IMG/VR virus record: IMGVR_UViG_3300049432_000156
Location: 1-64,000 of that record
DNA length: 64,000 bases
DNA from: a virus
Direction: 5' to 3' (one strand)
The notes under the pieces were generated by a model, which worked only from the letters and a program-made list of their open reading frames with translations, searched no databases and was not told the DNA's origin. Positions 37,314 to 46,917 of the stretch are shown here, one piece after another. A program made the translations under genes and the position numbers. How positions within the stretch are numbered: position 1 is the stretch's first letter; the number at the start of each line of letters is the position of its first letter.

Positions 37314-37811
37314 TTAGAGTAGCACAGGCTCGCCCGAATCAACTACCAATTTCGTCGGCCCTGACGCCGTTCCCATCCTTTGCACAAACCCGCTTGTCGG
37401 CGGCGCGCTGGCCAGTCCTGTGCCGTTCAAGAACACCGCGTCACCCTTGGTCCAACGCCAATCCGGGTTCACGATCTCGCCCACGACGATGATGCTGCCG
37501 GCACGTCCTTGATCGATGTCGCTGGAAGCCAGGCCAAGCACCCTGCCGAAACTGGCGCTCGGGTTGTTGGAGTCGGCGCGTAGCCCAAGACTCGTGACCG
37601 GGTCGAACCTCAGTATTTTCTCAGCGGCGACAAAGTCCACTTCAACGGCCGCCTCCGGGATTTCCAGCGCCAGTTTCGCCGCGGGCAGATTCGCGATTGT
37701 GATCTTGGAGAAGTCCAACGTAAGCCCGCTCGGGAAATCAACCAGGGCTTTGGCCGTGGCTTCAGTCTTCGCCCTGGCACGACCGGCGGCGCGTCTGCTG
37801 TCTTCTGGCAT
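37314..37811 (-). CDS. putative capsid decoration/cement-like protein (paralog)
   Basis: AD..VLGLA..G.I..W.W..GDAVFL..G.L..PP.SGFVQRMG.A. Confidence 0.6.
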   Translation of the reverse strand: MPEDSRRAAGRARAKTEATAKALVDFPSGLTLDFSKITIANLPAAKLALEIPEAAVEVDFVAAEKILRFDPVTSLGLRADSNNPSASFGRVLGLASSDIDQGRAGSIIVVGEIVNPDWRWTKGDAVFLNGTGLASAPPTSGFVQRMGTASGPTKLVVDSGEPVLL

Positions 37812-37919
37812 ATCAAAACACAATTTTCTTTTCTCCCGGTGGGGTCAAGGCATAATCGCAGCACGGGTCGGTTACAGCCGACTCCGTGCCGCTGAACACA
37901 ACGTTGAAAGACCAACGCC

Positions 37920-38564
37920 ATGCCAAACCGAAAATCCTACATAGGGCAGAGATACGCAATGCTTGTTATCATTCGCGATGGCCCAGATTACCACTGTCCG
38001 TCTGGGGGCAAGCCGGTCCGCACATTCATCTGCGAGTGTGATTGCGGAAATATCGTGACAGTCCACAGGACAAAATGGAGGTATACGCGATCTTGCAGAC
38101 CGTGTGCTCATCTCAGTCATGGGCACGCCCGGCGAAGTGGGCTTAGCCGAACGTATCGGTCTTGGAGGAACATGATCCAGAGATGCGAAAACCCCAACTG
38201 CTTAGAATTTCACAGGTATGGCGGCGATGGCGTTACGATCTGCGAGCGATGGCATTCTTTTCCGGAGTTTCTTGCCGACATGGGCGAATGCCCTCCAAGA
38301 CTCACAATCGAACGCGTCGATAATGAGGCTGGATATTTCCCGGGTAACTGCATTTGGGCGACTTACAAAACGCAGAACAGAAATCAATCGAGCAATATCG
38401 TGCTCAGTTTTTCTGGTGTCACTGCATGTCTGGGGGAATTGTGCGAGCGTTTCAATATGCCGTACTACAAGGTTTATTATTTGCTGTCACGCGGGTGGTC
38501 TATTGAGGATGCGTTTGCAAGATTTAGAACTCAGACTTCGCTACCGACAAGCCGACACCGCTAA
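37920..38564 (+). CDS. HNH-type homing endonuclease, antisense to virion operon
   Basis: CECDCG, YRSWRNMIQRC, YGGDGVTICERW, IERVDNEAGYFPGNCIWAT..QNRN. Confidence 0.88.
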   Translation: MPNRKSYIGQRYAMLVIIRDGPDYHCPSGGKPVRTFICECDCGNIVTVHRTKWRYTRSCRPCAHLSHGHARRSGLSRTYRSWRNMIQRCENPNCLEFHRYGGDGVTICERWHSFPEFLADMGECPPRLTIERVDNEAGYFPGNCIWATYKTQNRNQSSNIVLSFSGVTACLGELCERFNMPYYKVYYLLSRGWSIEDAFARFRTQTSLPTSRHR

Positions 38565-40848
38565 TGCAGCAGCCTCCACCGAGACCGGCCACCTTCAGTC
38601 TGTATCCGAAGTAGCGGCCTCTCGCCGCAGTGAAAAACGCCGCATCCATTCCGGGTCTCGTCATGTTTGCCTGATGCTCTGCGGCGGAAAATTCACTCAA
38701 ACATCTAAGCTCCACACCTTGTTCAATCACTCCATTCGGCTGAACGTTTCTCATCAGTTTCCAACTTGGGCAATTCGGCTCTGCTGCAAAGCCGATGTAA
38801 CCGTACAATAGATTCGGTGAAGTCTGCGGCTCCGCACGATAGGAAACCTTGACTTCACGGCACGACTTTTCTCCATCAACTCGCAAGTCCTCCATGCCAC
38901 TTTGGATCACAGAATCGTATCCCCTAAACACATAGAGGCCGTTGACCAATTGCTCTCGGTAGAAAATTCCATCTTCGTATTGTTTCAAACATCGGTCGCT
39001 GGTATCTGCCATCACGAAAATTTTTCGGCCAGTGCAACCCTTGCAAAAATCCTCAGCCGTTCGATTACCCAAGATGGCGCACAGCGAATCCGTGTCCGCC
39101 GGCAGCGACGGGTCTTCGGTCTCGTTCCAGATGCAGGTCGGGCTTGCGGTTGCTTCAACATCGCTCTCGGTTGGTTCGCCTTCCTTGATGGTCGGCGGAA
39201 GTTCATTGCGTTCGCAGACACCAAGTTCTTCCAGCCAATCCGCCACGGTCGGCAGCCGGTCGGATTCAAAAATGCAAAAAGCCGAGAAGCCGTGATCCAC
39301 GAGATCGGCGGCTTCCTGTTGCCGGGTGAGATTGAACACCAACGAGACGTTCGGGCATGAGTTGTCACCGGTTGGCCAGGACCACCAAAGCTCTTTGAGC
39401 ACCGAGTTGTAACCGCCCGTGACAAGGTCGCACGCATCGTTGTTCAGGGGGCCATACGACGTTTCAAACTCGTCGATGCCGGCGAAGATGACCGGTGACG
39501 TCGCGCGCATCCAGCCGACTTCAATCGGAGACGCATCGGCCAGCGTCATCAGGAGAATCTTATCCTCGCTCAGGTAGTAAATCTGCTCGCCCGTGTTCAC
39601 CAGCGAGAACTTGTATTTGCACGCATCCGGCCCACGATAAATCGTCTCGAAATTAAAAACTTCACCGGAAGAAACCAGCGACCCGCGGTGAATCGCCTGG
39701 TCTGAGAAGCAGTAAAGATAATCACCAAGGACTTCCATCCTGAGAATCCGCTCCCCGCTACCGATGTCTTGGAAGCCGGCCAGGGAATCGGTTGTCGGAA
39801 TGAACGAGATCGGGTTCTTGTAGTCCGACCAGACGACACGGTGCGGATAGTAAGAACCGTCCTGCTCCACGTCAGCAAGGAACATGAACCCCTTGAACTC
39901 GGCCAGGCAACCGACCTTGGTGATGTTCAAATCTTCCAAGTCCGGGATCGGGCGCGCGCTCCACAAATCGCAGTTACTCCCGTCTCCGGGCTGTGGAGAG
40001 TCATCGAAATACCACCAGAGCGGAGGGTCGAAATCGTTTGAAAGTACGAGGATGTTGTCCATCTGCGCGGAGAGGAACCGGCGCTGCGAACAACCGGTGC
40101 AATCCAGCGTCGCATCGACCGTTCCTCCAAGACCGTCCGCCAGAATTCGCCAGTTGCCCGTGCGCTCGTTCAACGAATACAGACGGCTCTTTGTTCCCGC
40201 GATGAGCTTCCGGAAGTTGCGCGGACTCCTGAACTCTGCCAGATAAGTGATGGCCTCACGGCAACCGCCTCTCACCAATGGGACTTCGCCACAGTACAGA
40301 TACTCGTAACCGAAAGTCGGTGAATAGATGCCTTCATACGGTCCATACGGGTATCCTTCGGTCACGAATCCAGACTCGCCTTCATGGCACATTGTCCGAT
40401 AGTACGTGAGCGGTGGAAAATCGTAATAGAAATAGGCGAAGCACGCGTTGTTGGCCGTGACCCCGAACGGAAATGCTCCGTAAGGGTCTCCGGGGTGATT
40501 CACGTAGTCTGACGTGAAGATGTCGTACCCAGGATTGTATCCGGTCGGGTGATGATAGCTGTAGGCGTAGTGATCGAATTCACCGCCCCCCGAGAGGAAG
40601 GCCGAGTAGCCTTCGTAATATAGCTGGCTTGAAAATAATTGATCTGCCAACGATTCGTTGTTGTAGCTCTGGTTGACGCCGTCGAGAAGCTTGACCCATC
40701 CGCCGCGCCGGCATCGCTTTCCTATCGCGCGCACCGACATGTTCTTCACCAAGACGAAACTTCCGGCACCGGTTGAATCCGGCAACGATCTGATGTCAAA
40801 AAGCCCCGTCAAGGGCCTTACCGGAACCAAAGCGTATTTCGATGGCAT
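38524..40848 (-). CDS. putative tail nozzle/DNA-stabilisation protein (beta-propeller-like)
   Basis: 774 aa; RVVWSD..P, YYLSED, ELWWSWP..LVFN pattern like podovirus tail tubular B/P22 gp10. Confidence 0.6.
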   Translation of the reverse strand: MPSKYALVPVRPLTGLFDIRSLPDSTGAGSFVLVKNMSVRAIGKRCRRGGWVKLLDGVNQSYNNESLADQLFSSQLYYEGYSAFLSGGGEFDHYAYSYHHPTGYNPGYDIFTSDYVNHPGDPYGAFPFGVTANNACFAYFYYDFPPLTYYRTMCHEGESGFVTEGYPYGPYEGIYSPTFGYEYLYCGEVPLVRGGCREAITYLAEFRSPRNFRKLIAGTKSRLYSLNERTGNWRILADGLGGTVDATLDCTGCSQRRFLSAQMDNILVLSNDFDPPLWWYFDDSPQPGDGSNCDLWSARPIPDLEDLNITKVGCLAEFKGFMFLADVEQDGSYYPHRVVWSDYKNPISFIPTTDSLAGFQDIGSGERILRMEVLGDYLYCFSDQAIHRGSLVSSGEVFNFETIYRGPDACKYKFSLVNTGEQIYYLSEDKILLMTLADASPIEVGWMRATSPVIFAGIDEFETSYGPLNNDACDLVTGGYNSVLKELWWSWPTGDNSCPNVSLVFNLTRQQEAADLVDHGFSAFCIFESDRLPTVADWLEELGVCERNELPPTIKEGEPTESDVEATASPTCIWNETEDPSLPADTDSLCAILGNRTAEDFCKGCTGRKIFVMADTSDRCLKQYEDGIFYREQLVNGLYVFRGYDSVIQSGMEDLRVDGEKSCREVKVSYRAEPQTSPNLLYGYIGFAAEPNCPSWKLMRNVQPNGVIEQGVELRCLSEFSAAEHQANMTRPGMDAAFFTAARGRYFGYRLKVAGLGGGCCISGVGLSVAKSEF

Positions 40849-40854
40849 TTCGCG

Positions 40855-41466
40855 TCACGTCTTTATGATGAATGTACCGACTGTGAAAGGCGGAAGATTG
40901 TTATGCGCCGCGTCTGCCCCGGTCACAGAGGTATCCAATGTTTGGGTCGGGCCGTATTGCAATCCATTGGCGCCGCCGTTATTGGCGTCTTTGACCACGA
41001 GCGGATAGAACAGGTGCGTGTGCGCTGGCATCTCAGGAATTGTAAGAACATGAGTTTCTTCTCCACCGGTATCGCCGATGGCCCGGGTGCTGTTCTTGCC
41101 CATCAGGAACATCCCACGGAGGTCTGGAAGGTTGAATGTCGTCGAGCCGTTTCCGTTGCCGAAGGTTGTCCCGATGACAGCCAGCAATTGTGGGTAGGCC
41201 GCGCGTTCAATCTCCCTGCCATCGCAATAAAGCCAGCCGTTCGGAATCACGGTGGTCGGTTGCCAGACGACGATGCCGACTGGAAGAGCGGCGACTTCCC
41301 GGATGAAGGTGTCGGTCAAAGTGCCGTCTGGATTCAGTGCCCATGTGAAAAAGTCGCATAGCATCTTGGGCATCTGCAAAAAAACGCGCAGAAGCCTATC
41401 GCAAAGCGATGACGTACCCGATGGGACTATCGCGCAGAATTCGGCGGGTTTCAGAGGGCTTGGGAT
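40855..41466 (-). CDS. phage tail collar domain protein
   Basis: PNGWLYCDG..YPQL..VIGT.FG..FNLPDLRG.F..GGEETH.LT..EMPAHTH..HNNLPP; proposed ATC start at 41466 (first ATG is 41379). Confidence 0.85.
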   Translation of the reverse strand: MPSPLKPAEFCAIVPSGTSSLCDRLLRVFLQMPKMLCDFFTWALNPDGTLTDTFIREVAALPVGIVVWQPTTVIPNGWLYCDGREIERAAYPQLLAVIGTTFGNGNGSTTFNLPDLRGMFLMGKNSTRAIGDTGGEETHVLTIPEMPAHTHLFYPLVVKDANNGGANGLQYGPTQTLDTSVTGADAAHNNLPPFTVGTFIIKT

Positions 41467-42203
41467 AAATCCCTCCTTTCTACCGGCTTGCCGAAGCGTT
41501 TGACAATCGTTCTCGTGTCCAAATTCAAAACTTCAGACCATTCAGAAAGGCACTTTGTCTCACCGCGAATCGTCAGCATTTTGTTGTTTCGCTTGTTCCT
41601 GTTCTGCTCCAGTGGAGTCGCCCACCGAACATTCAATGCCCAATGATGCGCCAAGCAATCGGCGCAACATCCACACGAATAACTGCCATCATTGTCAATC
41701 CGGTCAACCGAGTGTTCGCTTGACGGTTTAGCACCCAGCAGAAGGATGATATTTGCAGGCGAGGATTTCAAAAATTCGCATATTGCGATTCCCCTTCCTC
41801 CGTACCTGTCGAAGGCGGGATTGTTCTCATTGCAGCAACGCTGGTTTCTTGATGTCCAAGTGTAGCCGGCTGGCGTGCAGGCTAGACCGTGAACCTTATG
41901 TTCTTCACTGGCTCTTTCTTTTTGCAAGCAGCTACAGGATGCCGTATTGCCTTGCTTCAAATTCGTTGCGCTGGCTGTCGTTGGCTTACCACAATCACAA
42001 ATGCAATCCCATTCTGGATGGAGACCTTTTTTCTCGGACAGTTTCACGACCGTCAGTTTACCAAACCGACGACCTGTTAGATCATCCATCCTACCGGCAT
42101 CGCAGCAGGGTTTGCTACAGAACCGGATTGGCTTGCGAGCGGTCGGCCTGCGTTCTCTGGTGAACTGAACACCGCACTGCTCGCATGTAAATTGGAAAGG
42201 CAT
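41451..42203 (-). CDS. HNH-type homing endonuclease
   Basis: CEQCG..FCS..C, DLTGRRFGKL..CICDCG, YGGRGI, SVDRIDNDG..NVRWAT..QNRN. Confidence 0.88.
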   Translation of the reverse strand: MPFQFTCEQCGVQFTRERRPTARKPIRFCSKPCCDAGRMDDLTGRRFGKLTVVKLSEKKGLHPEWDCICDCGKPTTASATNLKQGNTASCSCLQKERASEEHKVHGLACTPAGYTWTSRNQRCCNENNPAFDRYGGRGIAICEFLKSSPANIILLLGAKPSSEHSVDRIDNDGSYSCGCCADCLAHHWALNVRWATPLEQNRNKRNNKMLTIRGETKCLSEWSEVLNLDTRTIVKRFGKPVERRDLSQAL

Positions 42204-42205
42204 GG

Positions 42206-43645
42206 TTATGAATACGTGACGTGGATGGGCGATTGTGGTGTTCCGACAAGGGTAGCTGGCGGGTCTTCAAAACCGTTGAACTCGTATTCCCCGTGGGGAC
42301 AAGTTGGATTTCCGTCGCTCTTGGCGTAACGGATTTGGATTTGAACACCTGATTGCCACACGAACATAATTATAACTCCGCCTGCCGGCCCTACTCCACC
42401 TCCGCGTCCAAGACGCATGGCTGCGAAATGCCCCGGTATAACCGGAGATGCGATGCTGTCCCAAAAGTTAACGCCCTGGACCATTACGCCATCAATGGGA
42501 GATTCGTCGGTAAGTGCATTGAAAGCAGCAGCGCCATCGACAGAATGGATGGTGTCCGGATACGGTTCAACGCATGGGTCACTGCATTCCAATGCCGCTT
42601 GCGCTTGCTCAGTTGCCGCCGCGAGGGCGAGCGCGTCAGCCTCTTCCTGAGTCGCCGCTGAATACGCCCCGGCTGCAATCGTCACTTCGACCGGCGAACC
42701 GGTGAGGTCTTCCGCACATTCGGCCACGAACGTCTGCGCCGTGTTCAGGAAGCTCTCGATTTGCGCCACACCGGATGACACCGCACATGACTCCCCGACT
42801 CCAACCGGATACGGATTGTCCGGGTAAATCTGCACAAGCTCCGACAAATCCAATCCTTCGATGCAAATCCTCGTTGCGCGTGGTTTCAAGTCCTGTTCCT
42901 CGCGAAAGATGATGTCGCCCGCCTTCATCCGGTAATCGGCGTACAGCTTGTCAGCACTCGCCTGGTCCTTGTCCACCCGCCTGGCCACTTCACTCTCCAC
43001 GTAGCAGGCGACAGCATCCTTCAAATCGTCATCATCTAACACATAATCGTTGTCGAGATAGGAACGGCGGATTCCGCGAGAATGCACCCCTACCACCCAA
43101 TTGCATGGGAAGCGAGGGAACAACCAGATTTTATTGGCCGGTCCTACGGCAAAGTATTTCTCAGAACTGATAAATTCACAGGCGTCTTCCGGCAACGCTG
43201 GCAAATATGGTGGGGCACAACCTTCGTTGCCTCCAATGTTGTAGCCGCAGTACGCGGGGTCTCTGGTGTAGGCCGATAAGGAAAACACTGACGAAGGAAC
43301 ACATCCAGTCTGCGCGCATCGGCACTGTTCATAAAGGCAAGACAACTTTTCCAATGATGCCGATTCATAGAAATACCTTCGGCACCTGCAAGAAGGCTCG
43401 AACGCATAAATCGCTCCAATGCGTCCGCGACAGCCTTGAATGACTGATAATCCACAGTCGTCCGCGCTCTGATCTTTGTCGTAGAAGTTGACGTTCAGAA
43501 GCTGATACGACTCTACGTAAGTTTGAAGCTGGATCAGGGAGTTAACCACCAGATTGCGAAACAATGGTACGCGCTGTTCAGCCATGCCCTCGGGGAACAC
43601 CAGATTGAAGATGTCCCGCTTGAAAGCTGAGAAGGTAATCATCAT
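42206..43645 (-). CDS. Cys-rich virion protein (possible head-tail adaptor) with DUF5977-like repeat
   Basis: TFVAEC..GSPVEVTIAAGAYSAATQEEADALA..C resembles DUF5977; position after capsid genes. Confidence 0.55.
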   Translation of the reverse strand: MMITFSAFKRDIFNLVFPEGMAEQRVPLFRNLVVNSLIQLQTYVESYQLLNVNFYDKDQSADDCGLSVIQGCRGRIGAIYAFEPSCRCRRYFYESASLEKLSCLYEQCRCAQTGCVPSSVFSLSAYTRDPAYCGYNIGGNEGCAPPYLPALPEDACEFISSEKYFAVGPANKIWLFPRFPCNWVVGVHSRGIRRSYLDNDYVLDDDDLKDAVACYVESEVARRVDKDQASADKLYADYRMKAGDIIFREEQDLKPRATRICIEGLDLSELVQIYPDNPYPVGVGESCAVSSGVAQIESFLNTAQTFVAECAEDLTGSPVEVTIAAGAYSAATQEEADALALAAATEQAQAALECSDPCVEPYPDTIHSVDGAAAFNALTDESPIDGVMVQGVNFWDSIASPVIPGHFAAMRLGRGGGVGPAGGVIIMFVWQSGVQIQIRYAKSDGNPTCPHGEYEFNGFEDPPATLVGTPQSPIHVTYS

Positions 43646-44148
43646 GGCGCAGGTGACGGCCCGGATGGCGCTGGTGGACTCGGAGCTTTGGCCGGCGGGA
43701 TACGACCCACGCGCGGCTTCGAGAATGAACTCGGCACCTCTAAGGGCTGAACTCTCTGCTGCCCAGCTTGCTGCTGCGCCTGGTTCGGCGATGAAATCAC
43801 GTTCGGCCCGGGCACCACTGTGCTACCGACGGCGGCTGCGCCCGCAGCACGAATGGCTTGGAGTTGTTGAAACGGGATTGGCCCCAGACTCTCCCGATCC
43901 CGCACTGGCGATGATCCCAAAGAGGACTGAGAGGTTTTTTTTTGTGCCAGCCATGAATTATACTCGGCCTCCGTCAACGGTATCACCCCGCCGGTGTGCG
44001 TCTTCACCGCGCGATCAAGCTCAGCGATTAAATACCCATCAGACGTCGCCAGAATTCCGTAGGTGCCGCCGATGTCCTCGAACGGCGCCTTCGACCCGTT
44101 CGGAAGATAAAGCGCGGATTGAACCAGTTCCTTCAAATACCATTTCAT
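43642..44148 (-). CDS. hypothetical virion-region protein
   Basis: ATG 44148 overlaps the stop of the upstream nuclease. Confidence 0.65.
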   Translation of the reverse strand: MKWYLKELVQSALYLPNGSKAPFEDIGGTYGILATSDGYLIAELDRAVKTHTGGVIPLTEAEYNSWLAQKKTSQSSLGSSPVRDRESLGPIPFQQLQAIRAAGAAAVGSTVVPGPNVISSPNQAQQQAGQQRVQPLEVPSSFSKPRVGRIPPAKAPSPPAPSGPSPAP

Positions 44149-44954
44149 GGCGTCGAGAGTGCAGGGTCGGGCGTCGGGACGCAAGCGGGTTGTGCGTGGT
44201 CTTTGCGACTCCACCATTTGCCATTGTGCCACGAAGACTTCGCCAAGTTTTCCTCGTACCAAAGAGGCTGGAGATTCGTGAAATGGAACGCGGCTTTCTG
44301 ACCTTCGAGAGTTGCCATGTTGTGAGCCGCAATCGGCACTTTATGATCCAAGACCCAACAGCCGGGTCTGCGCGCCCTGTTGTTCCAAGTCATTCCCGGT
44401 TTGAATTGCGATTCGATATGCTTGATGAGCGCCACGCGGTCGCACCCAACCAGGTCCATCGTGTGCGCCTGCTTCCTTGCGCCATTGAGTGCCGACAGCA
44501 ATCTGATACGCAAATCCGCGACGAGTTTGTAATGAGGGTCAGTGCGGTATTTCTTAATCAGCCATTTGCTCTGATACTTGCTGATTTTCTTGCGGTTCTT
44601 TTTCCGATACACCTTGCAAGCCGCTAAAACTTTTGCGCGATACTCTGGATTCGCCCATGACTTCTGGTGGTTCTCCTTGTCGAAGTTCGGGTTTCTACGC
44701 AAGGCACCTTCCCGATATTTGCGAGCGATGGCTCTCTTTTCTTCGGGGCTTCTTAGCGCATTTCTGGCCAGTTGCTTGACTCGGTTGTTCTCACGCACAC
44801 GCTCAATGTTCTTCGCCTTCCAACGCTCCACGTTCTCCTTGTGCCTTTTCTTATTGGCGTGATAACGCTTGCGGTGGTAGCTCCGCATCCGGTCCCGGTT
44901 ACGCGCGTAGTACTCACGCCACGGTTTTTTTCGGACGCCCTCCGAGTTTCCCAT
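44145..44954 (-). CDS. HNH/endonuclease VII-like homing nuclease
   Basis: Basic N-terminus, HIESQFKPGMTWNN..W.LDH..P..FHFTNLQPLW..NL.K; start uncertain. Confidence 0.8.
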   Translation of the reverse strand: MGNSEGVRKKPWREYYARNRDRMRSYHRKRYHANKKRHKENVERWKAKNIERVRENNRVKQLARNALRSPEEKRAIARKYREGALRRNPNFDKENHQKSWANPEYRAKVLAACKVYRKKNRKKISKYQSKWLIKKYRTDPHYKLVADLRIRLLSALNGARKQAHTMDLVGCDRVALIKHIESQFKPGMTWNNRARRPGCWVLDHKVPIAAHNMATLEGQKAAFHFTNLQPLWYEENLAKSSWHNGKWWSRKDHAQPACVPTPDPALSTP

Positions 44955-45119
44955 TTCGCCTGACGGCTCGGATTTTTTTGGCTGACCGCGAGAGTCCTCC
45001 GATTTTCCCGCCGAGTCTTCCAAGGGCAACTGCGTGTTTGTTTTTTGAGCGCATAGCATTTGCCAGAACATATAAACCAAAAGCGGTCTTGGCAAGTTAT
45101 ATTTTCGCATAAGCGCCAC

Positions 45120-45147
45120 AAAAAAGCCCAGCCGTAAAGCTGGGCTG
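45120..45147 (-). terminator. intrinsic terminator after major capsid gene
   Basis: Minus strand AGCCCAGC-tttacg-GCTGGGCT-TTTTT. Confidence 0.85.
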
Positions 45148-45167
45148 TGAAATCATTCGAGCCAGAA

Positions 45168-46868
45168 TCAGTACGGTTCGTACAAATCCGTATAGACTCC
45201 AACTTTTGCGGTCGTGCCAGGCACGACGGACGCAAAATTTTCCAACACCAACGATGACTGAGGACAATCAACGACGGCGGTCCATGTCGTCGAGTTGAGC
45301 GTGACGGTGCTGGTCGGCCTTTCCATGACGCACGCGAACGACTCGTCGATGCGCGCCAAGTCCGCGAGCGCCCCGCTGGTAAACTGCTTGCGGTTCGATG
45401 CGATGATTCCCGGGTAGATGTTCGGCCAGTCCAAAAACCAGAGGAACTTGCCGCTACCTTCCATACCTGCGGTTGTTGCCGCCGCCGCGAGGTCGTCAAA
45501 ATACCAGTGAGTGATGACGTTGAGCGTCACACCCTGCGGCCAGAGCAAACGGTATGAGTTCCATTTCAGCCCCAATTCAGACATCTCACCAGGTGTAACA
45601 TTGACACGTACTGTACCGCCGTACTGCGCATTGAAATACGCGATGAACGCAAGTTCGATTTGATACGCGGTCGTTGAATCCGTGAGGACATCAATCGAGT
45701 GGGTGTCCATGCTTGAACCCTGTGCATCGCGGATTCGGACGAGCTGATAAATCCGATCCATCAGTTCGATCAAATTGATTTTTTGTCCCTGTAAATCCAC
45801 AACGGACCCGCATTCCTGCAACTGCTCGTACACCCCAATCGCATTTGCCCTGAACCCTACGCACCTGCCTTCGGAGCCTGGGAGATAGAGATCGCCACTG
45901 GCATAGGTGGAGATTTGAGGAAGCGAACGGTAAAGCTGTAGGGTCTGGTTCGAGTTGAGGCGCGGATTCCAGAAGAAGGAATTGAGCCATTCGCGTTGGG
46001 CGATTTCACCCAGTTGGCGGTTCCGTTCAGCCAGAGGGACGTCGCCGAAGATGCGGAAGTATTCGTTGTTCTTGACGAGGCGGGCGAAAGTTTCCTCATA
46101 AAGCTGGTCGGAACAGAGCGTGAATCGGGAGGTTTGGATCCAGAACGGCACGCGTTTGTTCGGGTTGAGCGCCGGCCGGTTATGGCACCATTGCTCGAAA
46201 TCATTGATGTTGTTTGTGCCGCGGACCAGGACGCCGCGGGTCGGCAGCGCCGTGGTATTGATGGCGTTGTAGGAAGCCCCGCTGCGCCCTGTGCACGTGA
46301 TGGCCAGGACATTGAGACCTGAGTTTGTGGTGGCAACGCATTGGGTGACTTCCCATGCGGTACGGGCGGAAGAGCCGCCGGCAGTGCGCGAGGCGATATA
46401 GACGTAGTTGCCAACAACGAACCATTGCGGATCCAGTTCGATGTTATTGCGGTTGATGACGAAGAAGGTGGCCGTCGTGGTGTTGCCGATGGAATTGACG
46501 ACCTCCCAGTATTCGGCGTTGATGATGGATTTCTGGCTGGCCAGGATGAATGGCTGGATTTCGTCATAAGAACCGCGGATGGCCTGCTTGGAGACCAGCT
46601 TGCCCATCGGCTTGGCGTTGGCCATAAGCAGGTCGTAGAGGCCGTTGACCCTGGAACCGCACATCTTGAGTTCGAGTTGCGTGGCGAGCAGCGAACTCAT
46701 GTCGCGGAAGTTCCCTTCGCCATCGGTGAAGATGGTGGCAAGGACAGAAGGGGTCGCGGTAACGATTGAGCACTTGGTCAGTGTTCCGCAGGAGGACAGG
46801 GACGTGCCGATTGCCGGGAGACAACGCCCGCCGGTGGAGGTTGAGAAAATGTTTGCCGCGATTGCCAT
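45168..46868 (-). CDS. probable major capsid protein
   Basis: 566 aa after scaffold-like gene, followed by strong terminator; assigned from synteny. Confidence 0.7.
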   Translation of the reverse strand: MAIAANIFSTSTGGRCLPAIGTSLSSCGTLTKCSIVTATPSVLATIFTDGEGNFRDMSSLLATQLELKMCGSRVNGLYDLLMANAKPMGKLVSKQAIRGSYDEIQPFILASQKSIINAEYWEVVNSIGNTTTATFFVINRNNIELDPQWFVVGNYVYIASRTAGGSSARTAWEVTQCVATTNSGLNVLAITCTGRSGASYNAINTTALPTRGVLVRGTNNINDFEQWCHNRPALNPNKRVPFWIQTSRFTLCSDQLYEETFARLVKNNEYFRIFGDVPLAERNRQLGEIAQREWLNSFFWNPRLNSNQTLQLYRSLPQISTYASGDLYLPGSEGRCVGFRANAIGVYEQLQECGSVVDLQGQKINLIELMDRIYQLVRIRDAQGSSMDTHSIDVLTDSTTAYQIELAFIAYFNAQYGGTVRVNVTPGEMSELGLKWNSYRLLWPQGVTLNVITHWYFDDLAAAATTAGMEGSGKFLWFLDWPNIYPGIIASNRKQFTSGALADLARIDESFACVMERPTSTVTLNSTTWTAVVDCPQSSLVLENFASVVPGTTAKVGVYTDLYEPY

Positions 46869-46917
46869 AGGGTCATCAGGAGCAAATCGACGGCGTCATT
46901 GCCGCAACGATTTGGCC

